Assembly: GCA_023205875.1 (NCBI GenBank)
Contig: CP060756.1
Location: 1,178,001-1,242,000, forward strand
From: Chloropicon primus
Taxonomy: Eukaryota
DNA: 64,000 nt
Reading direction: 5' to 3'
Every line of letters starts with the position of its first letter. The stretch's first letter is position 1. A program made the position numbers and the translations under genes. Shown in pieces: positions 21,244 to 32,577 of the stretch. The notes below the pieces were generated by a model. It searched no databases, was not told where the DNA came from, and saw nothing but the letters and a program-made list of their open reading frames with translations.

Positions 21244-22827
21244 TTACAATTCATCAGAGCCCTGAGGAGACCTCTTCTTCATCGCGAATGGAATGGAAGA
21301 GTGCTCCATCATCCACTGAGTGAGGGACTTGACGTCCTTCTCGCCCTCGTACTTCAAAGGCTTGCCCTTGTCGTTGGCCTTGTAAAGGAAGAGGGTTGGG
21401 AAGTTCTCGATCTTCAAGCCCTCGACCTCGTTGAGAGATCCGTCCATCTTGGCAACAGTCACGCTGCTGACCTTCTTGAAGCGCTTTCCGAGCTTGGAGT
21501 AGGTTGGGGCAAACTTCTGGCAGAATCCGCACCAGTGGGCGTAGACCTCGAGGAGGACATCGCTGGTGTGGTCCATGACGACGTCATCGAAGTTCTTTCC
21601 AACGACAACAGCGACGTCTCCGTCCATCGGCTCCTCGGGGACAGGCTCACTCTTCTTGTATGGGACTCCCTTTCCAGCAATGTTCTCGTCGACGAAGTTC
21701 TTGATCGCGTCAGAGGTCATCTTGCCCTCGAGCTCGTACTTGAATCCAGTCAGCTTGTTGAGCATGAAGATTCTAGGCTTCTTGGAGGACTTCACGCCGA
21801 AGTAGTCCATGGTCATACCGGCACCAGAGTCATCGGTGTCAACGGTGAAGAAGACGACCTTTCCCCTGTATCCAGTGGCGGCGGTGTGCAAGGTCTTGGC
21901 GGCAGGGCTCGTGTGGTGGACGCTCCTCCTGTCTCCGAACATGAGCACGTGCCATGGCATGGAAGACTGCTTGGCCTTCATGAAAGCCTTGCCCTCTGGA
22001 GTCTTGGCCTCCCTGTCGGCGGAGAATGGGGTAACGGTACGCATGGACTCAAGCTCGACGAAGTCGGCGAGGTTTGGCTCGTCCCACTCACCCTCGAAGA
22101 CGACGTTACCGTTGTCAAACTTCTTGAACACGATGAGGCCTGGAGAGGTGGTGATACCCAAGTGAGCAGCCAGCTCGGCGTTGTCAGTGACGCCGAAGGT
22201 GTGGCTCTCGTCGTGCTGGGCCAAGTTCTGGTAAGCGCTCCAGTCGTACTTGTCGAAGGTCTCGACGTAGGCGAAGACAACAGAGTCATCAGAGTCCAAG
22301 AAGGCCTCAAACTCGGCCTGGCTCTTCACGACAGTGGCAGCTGGCCCGGTCCTGCGCTTCACCCAGTTCACGATGCCGTCGATCGAGTGCTCAGAGGAGT
22401 ACTCGAGCCTCTTCTTTCCCTTGTCGGAGAAGAACAGGATGGTTGGAACTCCCTCGATGTTGTACTTGCTGGCAAGAGTGTGCTCAGCGTCAATATCGAC
22501 CTTGGCAAACTCGATGCCGTACTCGAAGCCGTATCCCTTGGCAATCTCGGTAGCAGCACCGGCGTACTCTGGCTTAAGGTTCTTGCAGTGGTGGCACCAC
22601 GGCGCGTAGAACTCGACCATGACGTGGTTGTTCGACTCGATGAACTCGGTGAAGTTCTCGTAGGTCAAAACAGCAACGTGCTGCTCGTCCACAGTGTCGT
22701 GACCCTTGTACTCGACTTGGTGGTAGAAGTCGTAGTCCTCGTGAGCCTCATCGTCGTCAGCACGAGCAACTCCCGAGAGGAGGAGAGCAGCGCAAGCGAC
22801 GAAAAGCAAAGTCCTCGCCAATCTCAT
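21244..22827 (-). CDS. PDI: Protein disulfide isomerase (a-b-b'-a')
   Basis: Signal peptide, FYAPWCHHC, YAHWCGFC, C-terminal SDEL. Confidence 0.93.
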   Translation of the reverse strand: MRLARTLLFVACAALLLSGVARADDDEAHEDYDFYHQVEYKGHDTVDEQHVAVLTYENFTEFIESNNHVMVEFYAPWCHHCKNLKPEYAGAATEIAKGYGFEYGIEFAKVDIDAEHTLASKYNIEGVPTILFFSDKGKKRLEYSSEHSIDGIVNWVKRRTGPAATVVKSQAEFEAFLDSDDSVVFAYVETFDKYDWSAYQNLAQHDESHTFGVTDNAELAAHLGITTSPGLIVFKKFDNGNVVFEGEWDEPNLADFVELESMRTVTPFSADREAKTPEGKAFMKAKQSSMPWHVLMFGDRRSVHHTSPAAKTLHTAATGYRGKVVFFTVDTDDSGAGMTMDYFGVKSSKKPRIFMLNKLTGFKYELEGKMTSDAIKNFVDENIAGKGVPYKKSEPVPEEPMDGDVAVVVGKNFDDVVMDHTSDVLLEVYAHWCGFCQKFAPTYSKLGKRFKKVSSVTVAKMDGSLNEVEGLKIENFPTLFLYKANDKGKPLKYEGEKDVKSLTQWMMEHSSIPFAMKKRSPQGSDEL

Positions 22828-23462
22828 CTTTTTCCCTTCTTTCTAAGTCCGGTTCCGTCTTTGGTCTCAGGATACACGAAACCTCGTTCGTGACTTTTAC
22901 CACTCCCCTCGGTGTCCTCTTCCCCCTAAGTTCACGCCGTCAGAAGGAAAAAAAAAACCACCGCGCCTCACGACAACTCATTTCCTCTCCCTTAGACTCG
23001 TTTAGTACACGCCAACCTGGACGAAAACCAAAAGGTTTTGGTTGCAAGAGAGAGAGACAGAGAGAGAGAAAAAAAAACGACGAAACCAAACCAAACCCTA
23101 AAGAGAGCCAAGTTGTATAAGAAAAGCTTAAAACCTTTTCCCGCTTTGCGATCTCCTCCTGCACAGTCAGTCAGTCATCCATGGGGATTGGTGCCAGGGT
23201 GGTGCCAGCCTGCAGACTGGGAACTTTTCTTTTCCCAAGGATCAGTGCACAATAATTTGTGGCTCAGGAGAGAGAGCAGAGAGTAGAACTTCTTGTAGAG
23301 TCACTGGAGTGACTTGCCTCTGCGGCATCGGGAGGAGGCCACAGCGCCGCTTGCTGGAAAGGGATCTGGACTGGTTCGCTCCTGAACTGGTTCGCTCCTC
23401 GCCTGGCCTCGTGCTCTCCCAGGGTTGGAGGAGTTCGGCACAACGAGCGAGGAAACAAGGAG

Positions 23463-24056
23463 ATGATGACATCCGCACTTGTGTTCCGATCGAGGGGCAC
23501 GGAGCTGCTGAGACGGGTTCAGAGCTCGCTGGTGGTGGGATCGAGGAGGACTTGGACGCAGCGAAGTTCGAGGGCGTACTCGACGGGAGGGCTCCGAGAC
23601 GACGGGGCGACGGCGACGGCGACGACGACGGCGACGGCTTACGAGGATGTATCGTGGAAAATCCGAATGCTCTATGACGGGGCGTGTCCGCTCTGCATGA
23701 GGGAGGTGAACATGCTGAGGAGGAGGGACGAGCAGAGCAACAAGATCGATTTCGTGGACATTGCGAGCGCAGAGTACGATCCCCGGGACAACCAGGGCAT
23801 AACGTTCGAGGAAGCCATGGGCAAAATTCATGCCATCACGAACGAGGGCGAAGTCGTAACCAACGTCGAGGTCTTCAGACGCCTGTACGACCTCGTGGGT
23901 CTCGGCTGGGTCTTTGCAATCACGAAAACCGAGCCCTTCGGCACCATCGTCGACAAGGTTTACGACGTGTGGGCAGCGTACAGGCTGCCGATCACGGGGA
24001 GGGAGGACTTGGAGGTCATTTTGGCCAAGAGGAACCAAAGCACCATGTGCAAGTAA
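23463..24056 (+). CDS. DCC-family (DUF393) thiol-disulfide oxidoreductase with transit peptide
   Basis: MLYDGACPLCMREV, YDVWAAYRLPITGR. Confidence 0.9.
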   Translation: MMTSALVFRSRGTELLRRVQSSLVVGSRRTWTQRSSRAYSTGGLRDDGATATATTTATAYEDVSWKIRMLYDGACPLCMREVNMLRRRDEQSNKIDFVDIASAEYDPRDNQGITFEEAMGKIHAITNEGEVVTNVEVFRRLYDLVGLGWVFAITKTEPFGTIVDKVYDVWAAYRLPITGREDLEVILAKRNQSTMCK

Positions 24057-24138
24057 CTCTTTTAGGGGTGGGGAGGGGAGGTGACGATTGGGCCTCTCTT
24101 TCGTGTGTTTTTTTAATCTGTATAAAATTTCTTCTCCC

Positions 24139-27049
24139 TCACACAACGAGGTTATGAAAACGCTTGGTGACATCACCGAGCGATCTTCTCAGTCGAAGAA
24201 TCCTGTTGTGGTCCGCGTCCGCAAACTTCTTCTGCTCCTCGTAAGCGATCTCCAGAACGCTCAGCAGGAGATCGGTGTCCCTGAACTTGACGAACTCCTC
24301 CGCGGGGAAGCCCTTCATGTAAACCTCGTGGTAAATCTTTCTCGCGTCTTTCGGCCTGTTCTCCTTGCTGCCCGAGACGTTGAAGATGTGCTCTTCTTTG
24401 AGGGACTCCAAGGACACAATCTCGTCGGCGCTGGCCAGGGTGATTGGCTTCTTGCTCTTCACGTGCTTCACGGCGTGCTTCACCACCTTTTCGGCCGGTG
24501 CTTTCGTCATGCTGCACACGAAAAAGATGGAGAAGATGAAATCCACAAAGTTGAACTTTGGCACCTTGCGCTCCCTGGTGAAGAAGGACACGATCAGTTT
24601 CTGCTGCGTAGCCTTCTTCCTCGAGCTCCTGCCCGTGAAGCACGTGTCTATCCATCTCAAGAGATCCAGGAACGTCATGAAAGCGTTTGAGGTGGGTTTG
24701 TCCGCGACTTCAAGCTTACTGAAGGATCCGAAAAGAGCCCGAAGACTGGGATTGCCAAGGTAATCTTGGACTTTCACCCTGCTGTCAATGACGGACGTGA
24801 TCGCCCTCCTGTCTTGCGAGATGTGCCTCTCGAAATGCCTCTGAAGCTTGTCCAGCCCAAGCGCGTAGTCCTTGGCGGACAGCAAGCCCTTTTTCGAAGA
24901 GTCCAGCTCCCCAAACAGATCGCTCAGCATCTCGCTCGTCTTCGCGAAATAGCTGAAGGTGCTTCTCTCGTGTGGCAACTCCAGGATCCCAAGCCTGGCA
25001 GCCAAGAGCGCAAAGTCCGCAAAGTCGTACTCTTTCTCTGAGTCAGCTCCGCCAGATTTGGAGGGCGAGACCTCGTCCCGTGATTCTAACTCTGCCGAGT
25101 CACTCCCCACGGGGCTCCCGGCAGGGCTGCTCCGCGCATTTTTGGCTCTCCAGGGAAACAGCTTCGACTTCAACTTCTGTTGGGCCTGGCTTGAAGGCGA
25201 CCTCGCACTGAAATTGAACCCATCCAGTCGCACAAGCGCGCCCAGCTTCTTCCTCGCATCCTCCTTGTAATCGTAGTCCCCCGCATTGCCTGCGAGGACC
25301 AGGTCGGACAGAGTGGTCGGGTGCGTAGCTCCCAACTGATTGATCACCTCCACGGGCTCCAAGTTATTCTCGCTCACGTCGAGCCTCTCCAGGTCGTTCA
25401 GGTGCCCGATCGAATTGGGAACGTCAAGGTCGCAAAGCGAGTTGCGAGACAGGGACAATTCCGTGAGCTCCAACACGCAGAGGCCCGAAATGAGGGCCCT
25501 GCCCTCAACCCCCAGGCGATTGCCGCCCACGTCCAAAACTTGCAGGTGTGGGCAGAAGTAAAGGTTTTCGATCGCGGTGATCCTGTTTCCCTTGAGGGTG
25601 AGCCTCTTCAACCTCCCAGGCAAAGGGTTGGGAACTGAACCCAAGTCGTTGAACGATAGGTCAAGCTCCACGATGTGGCAGGTCTGAAGGGAGCGCAGCT
25701 TTGCCTCGAGCTCCTGCAGCGGAAAGGACATGTTCGAGAGATTGAGAGCATCAGAGTCCGCGAGAAGGTCCCTGACCCCTTCCTCCAAGAAATCCTTTCG
25801 GGCCATCTCTTCGAGGTCGAGGGGATAATCTGGAAGTTCCAGAACCTCCTCCAAGTCAATTTCGACTGCCCCGTTGGCGGTGTTGCTCCTGACGTACTTT
25901 TCCAAGGCATCGTCGCCCTCACTCTGAACCACTCTCGCCTCACTCTGCTCCACGACCTCGTCTTCCTCGCTTGAGAAGTCGTCTACCACAACCGGCTCGG
26001 GCTGTTGGAGCAACGCCACAACCGAGAAGTCCCCGGAACCCTCGAACTTCTTGGGCTCCTTGGGAGTGAAGGTGCTCAGCAGGTCCACCAAATTCAGCGG
26101 CAGCGGGTTGTGGTTCAGCGTCACGACAGGACAGGGTTGATCGCTGGCACCCTTTCGGGAAAGGGAGTTGCAGAAAGCCAGACCTCCGATCTCGCCCACG
26201 TTGTTCTGGGACAAGTTCAGGTGGCTCACGTGGCCGTTCGGCACGAGGAGCTCCGAGAGGGCAACTGCTCCGGCGTCTCCTATCGCGTTCTGACTCAAGT
26301 CCACTGCCTCCACCACCTCGGTCTTCGTCAAGAGAGCAGACAAGACTTGGGCATCCTCATCGTTGAGGCAGCAATTCCCAAGGTCGAGAATCTCGAGCTC
26401 GTCGCTCTGCTCCGGGTCCTCCGCAACCACGCCGCTCCTCGGAACCTTGTAGACAGGGTCCCCCTTCAGTCTGTCCAGGAGTCTCTCCGAAGCGAGGAGG
26501 CTGAGGAGGACGCAAGACTCGTGATAGTGATGGGACAGCCACTGGAAGAAATCCTCGTCCATCTTTATCTTTCTTCCAAGCCACGGCGACTCTCTTCGTG
26601 CGGGCGGCGCCCCTGGTGTTTCTTCCACGTCTCTACCTTTGGCCAGTTTTGCTCTTGTCAGAATATCTCTAATAGCTAGACTACATTTCCCCCCCGTCCC
26701 CCCCGAGTTCTTACTCCTCACTTCTTTTCCGTCAGGAACTCAAGCAAGTGGTCCACAGGGTTCGCTGGCTTGTGGATGAGGAGGTCCTTGTACAAGTCAG
26801 ACATCAGCTCTTTGATGTCGTGCTCGACCTTTTGCAATTCGGCGGGGTTTCGCACCGAGAGACGAGCGTTCGAGAGGCAGCGTGGAAGAGAACAGGGGTC
26901 AGCGCGTTGTCCATTCCACTTGGGCCCGAGACACCAAGCACCTCGCCCTCGCTGCGGACGGGAAGGCTTCATCACAAGCCAGTGTTTCCACTTACCAAGT
27001 ACTTTGCGTCCTCGGACTTCATCTTGTCATCATTCATGTTGACCTCCAT
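24139..27049 (-). CDS. RIIa/Dpy-30-like docking domain plus leucine-rich-repeat protein; proposed exons 27049-26996, 26828-26722, 26632-24139 (or two separate genes)
   Basis: YLVEHDIKELMSDLYKDLLIHKPANPVDHLLEFL docking motif; RNI-like and SDS22-like LRRs (LDLGNCCL, VDLSQNAI, LTLKGNRI) in the long ORF. Confidence 0.7.
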
Positions 27050-27531
27050 CTTCGCACAACAAACCCAAGTGGTGTGTGTGTGTGTGTGTGTGCGTGTCTC
27101 CCTCTGTCTGCACTTGCACCTCAAGTGTCTCAAAGTTCGCCGTCTGTCTGTCCCTCAATGGAATGAAGTTGACTCTTCCTCTTCCTCTTCCTCTTCCTCT
27201 TCCCTCTTCCTTCTTCCTTCTTCTTGGTTTGAAATTGTCGTAAAGTCTTAAGTAAAATATGCTCTCTCCCGGAGGGACAGGGGGGGGGAAGAGGACAAGG
27301 GCCAGTCGAAAAGACGTTACGTGTGTCGAGCGAGGTGTGGCAGCGCAGGAGAGGGAGAGAGCATCAAGAAGGACAAGCCAAGGAGGGAGGGCACACGAAG
27401 AAGAAGACGTTGCGAGGAAGAAGGGCGAGAGGGAAGAACGAGACGGATCGGTGGTTTTGTGGTGTGACACCACTGAAGATCAATCGAGCAGAAGAGAGTT
27501 TGTACCCTGCTGCAGACTGTAGGCTACAGTG

Positions 27532-27831
27532 ATGCCGGACTTTGATCGAGGGTGCGCACCCTTGGATGCGTATGCCGTGGGACTGATGGCGCAGCAAAGA
27601 CAGGCTTGGAGTGTCATCTGCGGTGTGTGGGCGAGCCTTCCCGACGATCTGGTGTTTGAGGTCGTTGCATTGAAGGAAGGCAACGAGAAGACGCCGGGGG
27701 AGCGCGCAAAGAACAGGCCTGGCGAGAAGCCGGCCACCGTGGAGGAGGAATGGAAAGGAGCTGAAGGGCGGGGGAGGAGTGCCCTCGGTGGAAGGGACGT
27801 CGTCGTTCAGCTCGTGGTCAGTGCAACTTGA
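27532..27831 (+). CDS. Hypothetical 99-aa ORF (uncertain)
   Basis: ATG-initiated, coding-like codons, WASLPDDLVFEVV resembles an F-box start; region also self-complementary. Confidence 0.25.
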   Translation: MPDFDRGCAPLDAYAVGLMAQQRQAWSVICGVWASLPDDLVFEVVALKEGNEKTPGERAKNRPGEKPATVEEEWKGAEGRGRSALGGRDVVVQLVVSAT

Positions 27832-28248
27832 GAAGGCAGGGCTCCATGGGGGCAAACGCATCTTTCTTGATAGCACCTCGAGCTTGAAAATATTTGAGTC
27901 ACCAAGCCGTTCCACGACCTTCGCGAAGGGGTGTGGAGTTCACGACATCACGAAACAACAGCACGAAACAACATCAAAAGGCAAAGGTCTTTTTCGATTC
28001 AAACGCAACAACACCACTTGAAAACCAAGTTCACCTTTGCAGAGGCGATGTGACTAGAGCTCGCAGAACTCCACCCACCAAATCTCCTCACGAAGGGATC
28101 GTCCTGCCCCCCCCCAAACACCCCGCCCCGCCCGCCCGCCCGGCCCCACCCCCTGCACCTTCATCTCTCTGCCCAAGCCTCCCCACGGGTGTCCCTGAGA
28201 GAGGGTGATAGAGAGCGGCGCGCGGGAGAAGGGTGGGGGGAGGGAGAT

Positions 28249-31200
28249 ATGAGTGGGCAGGATCTGTTCGAGCGGCCTCGCGCCATGGCGAGCACGATGT
28301 GGCAGCCCGGGAGCTCGCCGGCGGAGAGGCAACTTACGACGCTCGGCGGAACGAGCACGAGTTTGGCCCGGGAGTTGAGTATCTCACAAACGGAGTTGGA
28401 CCGGAGGACCGAAGTGCAACAGACGGGTGGGGGGGTGGATATGGGTGACGTGAACCTGAGGCCGCCGCTGTACAGCACGACCTGCCACAGCGACGATAGC
28501 ATCGAGAAGGCCGGGACGAGCGGGGATGAGGCGGAGAAGGAAGGGTTGGTTTCCAAGTGGAGGCCGAAAGAGCGTCTGAAAACGACGGCGGTTGCCCTCG
28601 TGGTTTGTCTCAACATAGGCGTGGATCCTCCGGATATAGTCAAGGTGAGCCCGTGCGCCCGCTTCGAGTGCTGGATAGACCCGCTGTCGATGCAGCCGCA
28701 AAAGGCGCTTGAGGCAATTGGAAAGTCCTTGCAGGCTCAGTACGAGAGGTGGCAGCCGAGAGCAAAGTACAGGGTGAGCCTGGACCCCACGCTGGAGGAC
28801 GTCAAGAAGCTGTGCGTCTCTTACAGGAGGGCCGCGAAGAGCGAGAGGGTCCTCTTTCATTACAACGGCCACGGGGTGCCGAAGCCGACCTTGAACGGTG
28901 AGATGTGGGTATTCAACAAGTCCTACACGCAGTACATACCGCTGTCCATGTACGACCTGCAGACTTGGTTGAGCAAGCCTTCGATCTACGTGCTGGACTG
29001 CCCGAACGCGGGCACTCTGATGAATGCGTTCGAAAACTTCGCGCTGCAGAGATACCAGGAGAGCGCGGGGCTGCCGGTAGCGGTTCACCACCCGCCCGGA
29101 AGGAAGTCCCCTCCGAGGTCAACCGAACTTAGGAACGCCATGCAGGACGTCATTTTGCTCGGAGCGTGTGGGATGAACGAAACCCTGCCTCAGAACGTGA
29201 GCTTGCCGGCGGACCTCTTCACTTCTTGTTTGACCACCCCGATCAAGATAGCGCTGAGATGGTTTTGCAGCAGGAGCCTCCTAAGAAACGAGGGCCTGAA
29301 CCTTGAGATGATCGATAGAATACCCGGGAAGCAGACGGACAGGAAGACCCTGCTCGGCGAGCTGAATTGGATATTCACGGCCATAACAGACACCATAGCC
29401 TGGAATGTCCTGCCGCGGCCGCTCTTCCAGAAGCTCTTCAGGCAGGACTTGCTGGTGGCGTCCCTGTTCAGAAATTTTTTGCTGGCCGAGAGAATCATGA
29501 GGGCTTTCGGCTGCATGCCATTGTCGTGCCCGGCCCTGCCCCCCACGCACCAGCACGCAATGTGGCACGCCTGGGATCTGGCGGCGGAGACCTGCCTTGC
29601 ACAACTGCCTGGTCTGCTGAGCGGCGATCCCTCGATTGAGTATCATCCAAGCTCCTTTTTCACGGAGCAGCTCACCGCGTTTGAGGTGTGGCTGGAGCAC
29701 GGGTCAAGGCACAAGCCGCCCCCGGAGCAGCTCCCTATCGTGCTCCAAGTTCTTTTGAGTCAAAGCCACAGGCTTCGGGCCCTGGTCCTTCTGGGGAGGT
29801 TCTTGGACATGGGAACCTGGGCAGTGGACCTTGCCCTGAGTGTGGGGATTTTTCCATATGTTCTGAAACTCCTGCAAACCACGGCCAACGAGTTGCGACA
29901 GATCCTGGTTTTCATTTGGACGAAGATTCTGGCCCTGGACCAGTCTTGCAAGATAGACCTGACAAAGGACTCAAGCTTCATGTACTTCATACGGTTTCTG
30001 GAGATGCCAGACTCCGCGATTCCATCAGACTCCAAAGCGGGGGCGGCCTTTATTCTTTCTGTGATATGCCACGACCACACAAAAGGTCAGAAAGCGTGCG
30101 CCTCTGCTAAGCTCATTGAAGTCTGTCTCGGATCTTTGCAGGACGGGCCCTCTAACGTCATCTCAGGGTCCACTGCTTTGCTAGCGCAGTGGCTCTGCCT
30201 TTGCCTGGGCAAGATATGGGAGAACTCTTTTGACCTCACGATGACTGCCTTTAAAATGGGGGTGATGGACAAGCTGTCCAAGCTGCTTACGTCTGCCTCC
30301 CCCAACGTCAGGGCTGCGGCAGTGTTTGCACTGGGGTCCCTCATCGTGCTGATAAAGGACGAGAGCGCGGTAGACATCTCGAAGGAGGAAGTCTCCAACC
30401 ACATCAGAAGCCCCGAGCGAATGGTCGAGGAGAGGAGCGTCGCTGGGCTGCTTTTGACGTGCGCAAATGATGGCAGCCCCCTGGTGCGGCAAGAGGTCAT
30501 ACACGCCTTGGGGAGGTTTGCTATGGCTCACACGACGTTCATCGACATTGCTCATCAAGCCACCGAGAGTTTGTCGGGAGGATTCAGCAGAAGGCACGGA
30601 AGATCACCCAGCACGATGTCCGACATTGGCCAAAGCAGTTTCACTTCATCTGCGAGCGGTAGTCACAGGCACTCGGCGCCTGACGTGAAGCCAAACCAGG
30701 CACAGAGCAGTGAGAGCTCTTTCCCACCCCCGCAGAGGAACAACGTCAATGGCCAGGAGGCCAGGGCCGTGAACCTGGGCGGAGGAAAGGAAGAGCTCAG
30801 CATCACGTACAGCCAGCTGTACCAAAACACCTTGGTCACCATTGTGACTGCGAACTTTGACCCCTCTCCGAGAGTCACGGAAGCAGCAAAGCTGGTCCTT
30901 CAGTCGTGCTTCTTCCAGGTCGTTCCTTTGAAGAGGCCGGCTGTGCAAAAGAGCACGTCAAGTTTCTCCTTCTCGCCGAAGAGGAAGGAGAAGAGCAAGC
31001 TGCACTCTCGCTTCTCCATGAGCAGCGAGCGTCTCGCGGCTCTCAATTCCGCATCTCCGGGAGAGTACAGCTCGTCCTTCGGGCGGTCTTACAGCAAGAC
31101 CAACTCTCCCAAGGACAGACTCACTGACCTTGCAGAGCATTTCAATGTCATCAAAACGTCGACGGAGGTCAGGGACCCTATTCAGTCGAGGGTCATCCCG

Positions 31201-32376
31201 CACAGCTTCCCAAACTCAGAAATATTTGAGATCAGCTGCAAGTACTTTGCCTCTCCGTTGCTGAGCGCAGGTGACGAGGCCTGTGACCCGTCCTGGCCCG
31301 ACAACCTGGACCCACTCTTCGTGGCGGACAGGAAGCACAGGATGGAGGAGAGCTTTGCCCTCGCGAGGAACATCTGCCCTCAGGGGCTGGACCACCAGCT
31401 TGCAGTGATAGAGAATGCGAATGAAACGATCAAGGCCCTTGCGTTCGAGGCGCTCGATGACAAGCTTTACCTGGCAGACGCTAAGGGTTACTTGAGTGTG
31501 AGAAAAGTCACGGGCCCGTCCGTGAACCGGTTCCACGCCAAGCAGGGCGAGGGTCCGGGCAAGCTCGCGGGAACCTGTGACGTGACGTACATCAGCATCC
31601 TGAACCCCGAGTACAACCCGCTCCTCTTGGCGGCGACAACGGACGGGAGTGTTGCGATCTACAAGGACACTGACAAGAGGGGGAGGCAAAAGCAGGCAAG
31701 CTCCTTCATGGCGATTCCCCAGGTGTGGGGGATGACCAAGCACCCCGCCATCATCGAGTCCAACAGCATCTCGAACTGCCTGTACGCCTCGGGTTGCAGC
31801 AAGCCCCAGGCGGTTCACATCTGGGACCTTCAGAGGGAGGTGTGCACGGACAGGATCACGGGAATTGACCACAACATCTTGAAGATCTTCAGCTCCTCGG
31901 AGGGCCAGCCCAACCTGCTGGTGGGCTGCGAGAGCGGGTCCGTGCTCTACTACGACTTGAGAGACCCAAGGCACTACATTAGCTGGTCCGAGCCGTACGA
32001 GAAGAGGCTCGTTGGGATGGCCATGGTCAACAACGACATGCAGATCGTCGCGGGCTACGCGAATGGAAGGATAAAGGTGTTCGACATAAGGGCTGGGTTG
32101 CTGTCCAAGCTGAAGGATTTCGAGGGCCACGATTCGGTGAAGAGCCGGATGACCTCCTTTGCGGCTCACAGGTGTGGCACGATCTTTGCGACCGCTTCCA
32201 CGCACTCCGTGAAGGTCTGGAACTCGGAGGGGCAGCTGCTGAGCACCGCAAGGCCCCATGGCAACTTCCTGCCGAGATCCGGGTCCGTGGACGTCTTGGC
32301 CTTCCACCCCACGAGGCACCTCCTCTCCGCGGGAGGGTCCGACAGCGCCACCAGCGTCTACTGCAGCTACGGTTGA
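28249..32376 (+). CDS. RAPTOR: Regulatory-associated protein of TOR
   Basis: RNC domain (WRPKERLKT, ERVLFHYNGHGVP, SFFTEQLTAFEVWL), HEAT repeats, C-terminal WD40. Confidence 0.97.
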   Translation: MSGQDLFERPRAMASTMWQPGSSPAERQLTTLGGTSTSLARELSISQTELDRRTEVQQTGGGVDMGDVNLRPPLYSTTCHSDDSIEKAGTSGDEAEKEGLVSKWRPKERLKTTAVALVVCLNIGVDPPDIVKVSPCARFECWIDPLSMQPQKALEAIGKSLQAQYERWQPRAKYRVSLDPTLEDVKKLCVSYRRAAKSERVLFHYNGHGVPKPTLNGEMWVFNKSYTQYIPLSMYDLQTWLSKPSIYVLDCPNAGTLMNAFENFALQRYQESAGLPVAVHHPPGRKSPPRSTELRNAMQDVILLGACGMNETLPQNVSLPADLFTSCLTTPIKIALRWFCSRSLLRNEGLNLEMIDRIPGKQTDRKTLLGELNWIFTAITDTIAWNVLPRPLFQKLFRQDLLVASLFRNFLLAERIMRAFGCMPLSCPALPPTHQHAMWHAWDLAAETCLAQLPGLLSGDPSIEYHPSSFFTEQLTAFEVWLEHGSRHKPPPEQLPIVLQVLLSQSHRLRALVLLGRFLDMGTWAVDLALSVGIFPYVLKLLQTTANELRQILVFIWTKILALDQSCKIDLTKDSSFMYFIRFLEMPDSAIPSDSKAGAAFILSVICHDHTKGQKACASAKLIEVCLGSLQDGPSNVISGSTALLAQWLCLCLGKIWENSFDLTMTAFKMGVMDKLSKLLTSASPNVRAAAVFALGSLIVLIKDESAVDISKEEVSNHIRSPERMVEERSVAGLLLTCANDGSPLVRQEVIHALGRFAMAHTTFIDIAHQATESLSGGFSRRHGRSPSTMSDIGQSSFTSSASGSHRHSAPDVKPNQAQSSESSFPPPQRNNVNGQEARAVNLGGGKEELSITYSQLYQNTLVTIVTANFDPSPRVTEAAKLVLQSCFFQVVPLKRPAVQKSTSSFSFSPKRKEKSKLHSRFSMSSERLAALNSASPGEYSSSFGRSYSKTNSPKDRLTDLAEHFNVIKTSTEVRDPIQSRVIPHSFPNSEIFEISCKYFASPLLSAGDEACDPSWPDNLDPLFVADRKHRMEESFALARNICPQGLDHQLAVIENANETIKALAFEALDDKLYLADAKGYLSVRKVTGPSVNRFHAKQGEGPGKLAGTCDVTYISILNPEYNPLLLAATTDGSVAIYKDTDKRGRQKQASSFMAIPQVWGMTKHPAIIESNSISNCLYASGCSKPQAVHIWDLQREVCTDRITGIDHNILKIFSSSEGQPNLLVGCESGSVLYYDLRDPRHYISWSEPYEKRLVGMAMVNNDMQIVAGYANGRIKVFDIRAGLLSKLKDFEGHDSVKSRMTSFAAHRCGTIFATASTHSVKVWNSEGQLLSTARPHGNFLPRSGSVDVLAFHPTRHLLSAGGSDSATSVYCSYG

Positions 32377-32577
32377 TGCCGGCGAGGGGAAGAAAGAGCG
32401 CAATCATAACATAATATGTAAACGACCCGTGCGGGGGTGTAATGTACGAAACTGCTGGGATATACGAGGCGCGCGTGCTTGCGTGTGTGTGCGTCGTCGT
32501 GAAAAACCAGGGAAGGTGGGAGGATCCCTTTCCCCTGGCTTTTGTTTGCATTACACACACAATCCAAAAAAAAAAAC

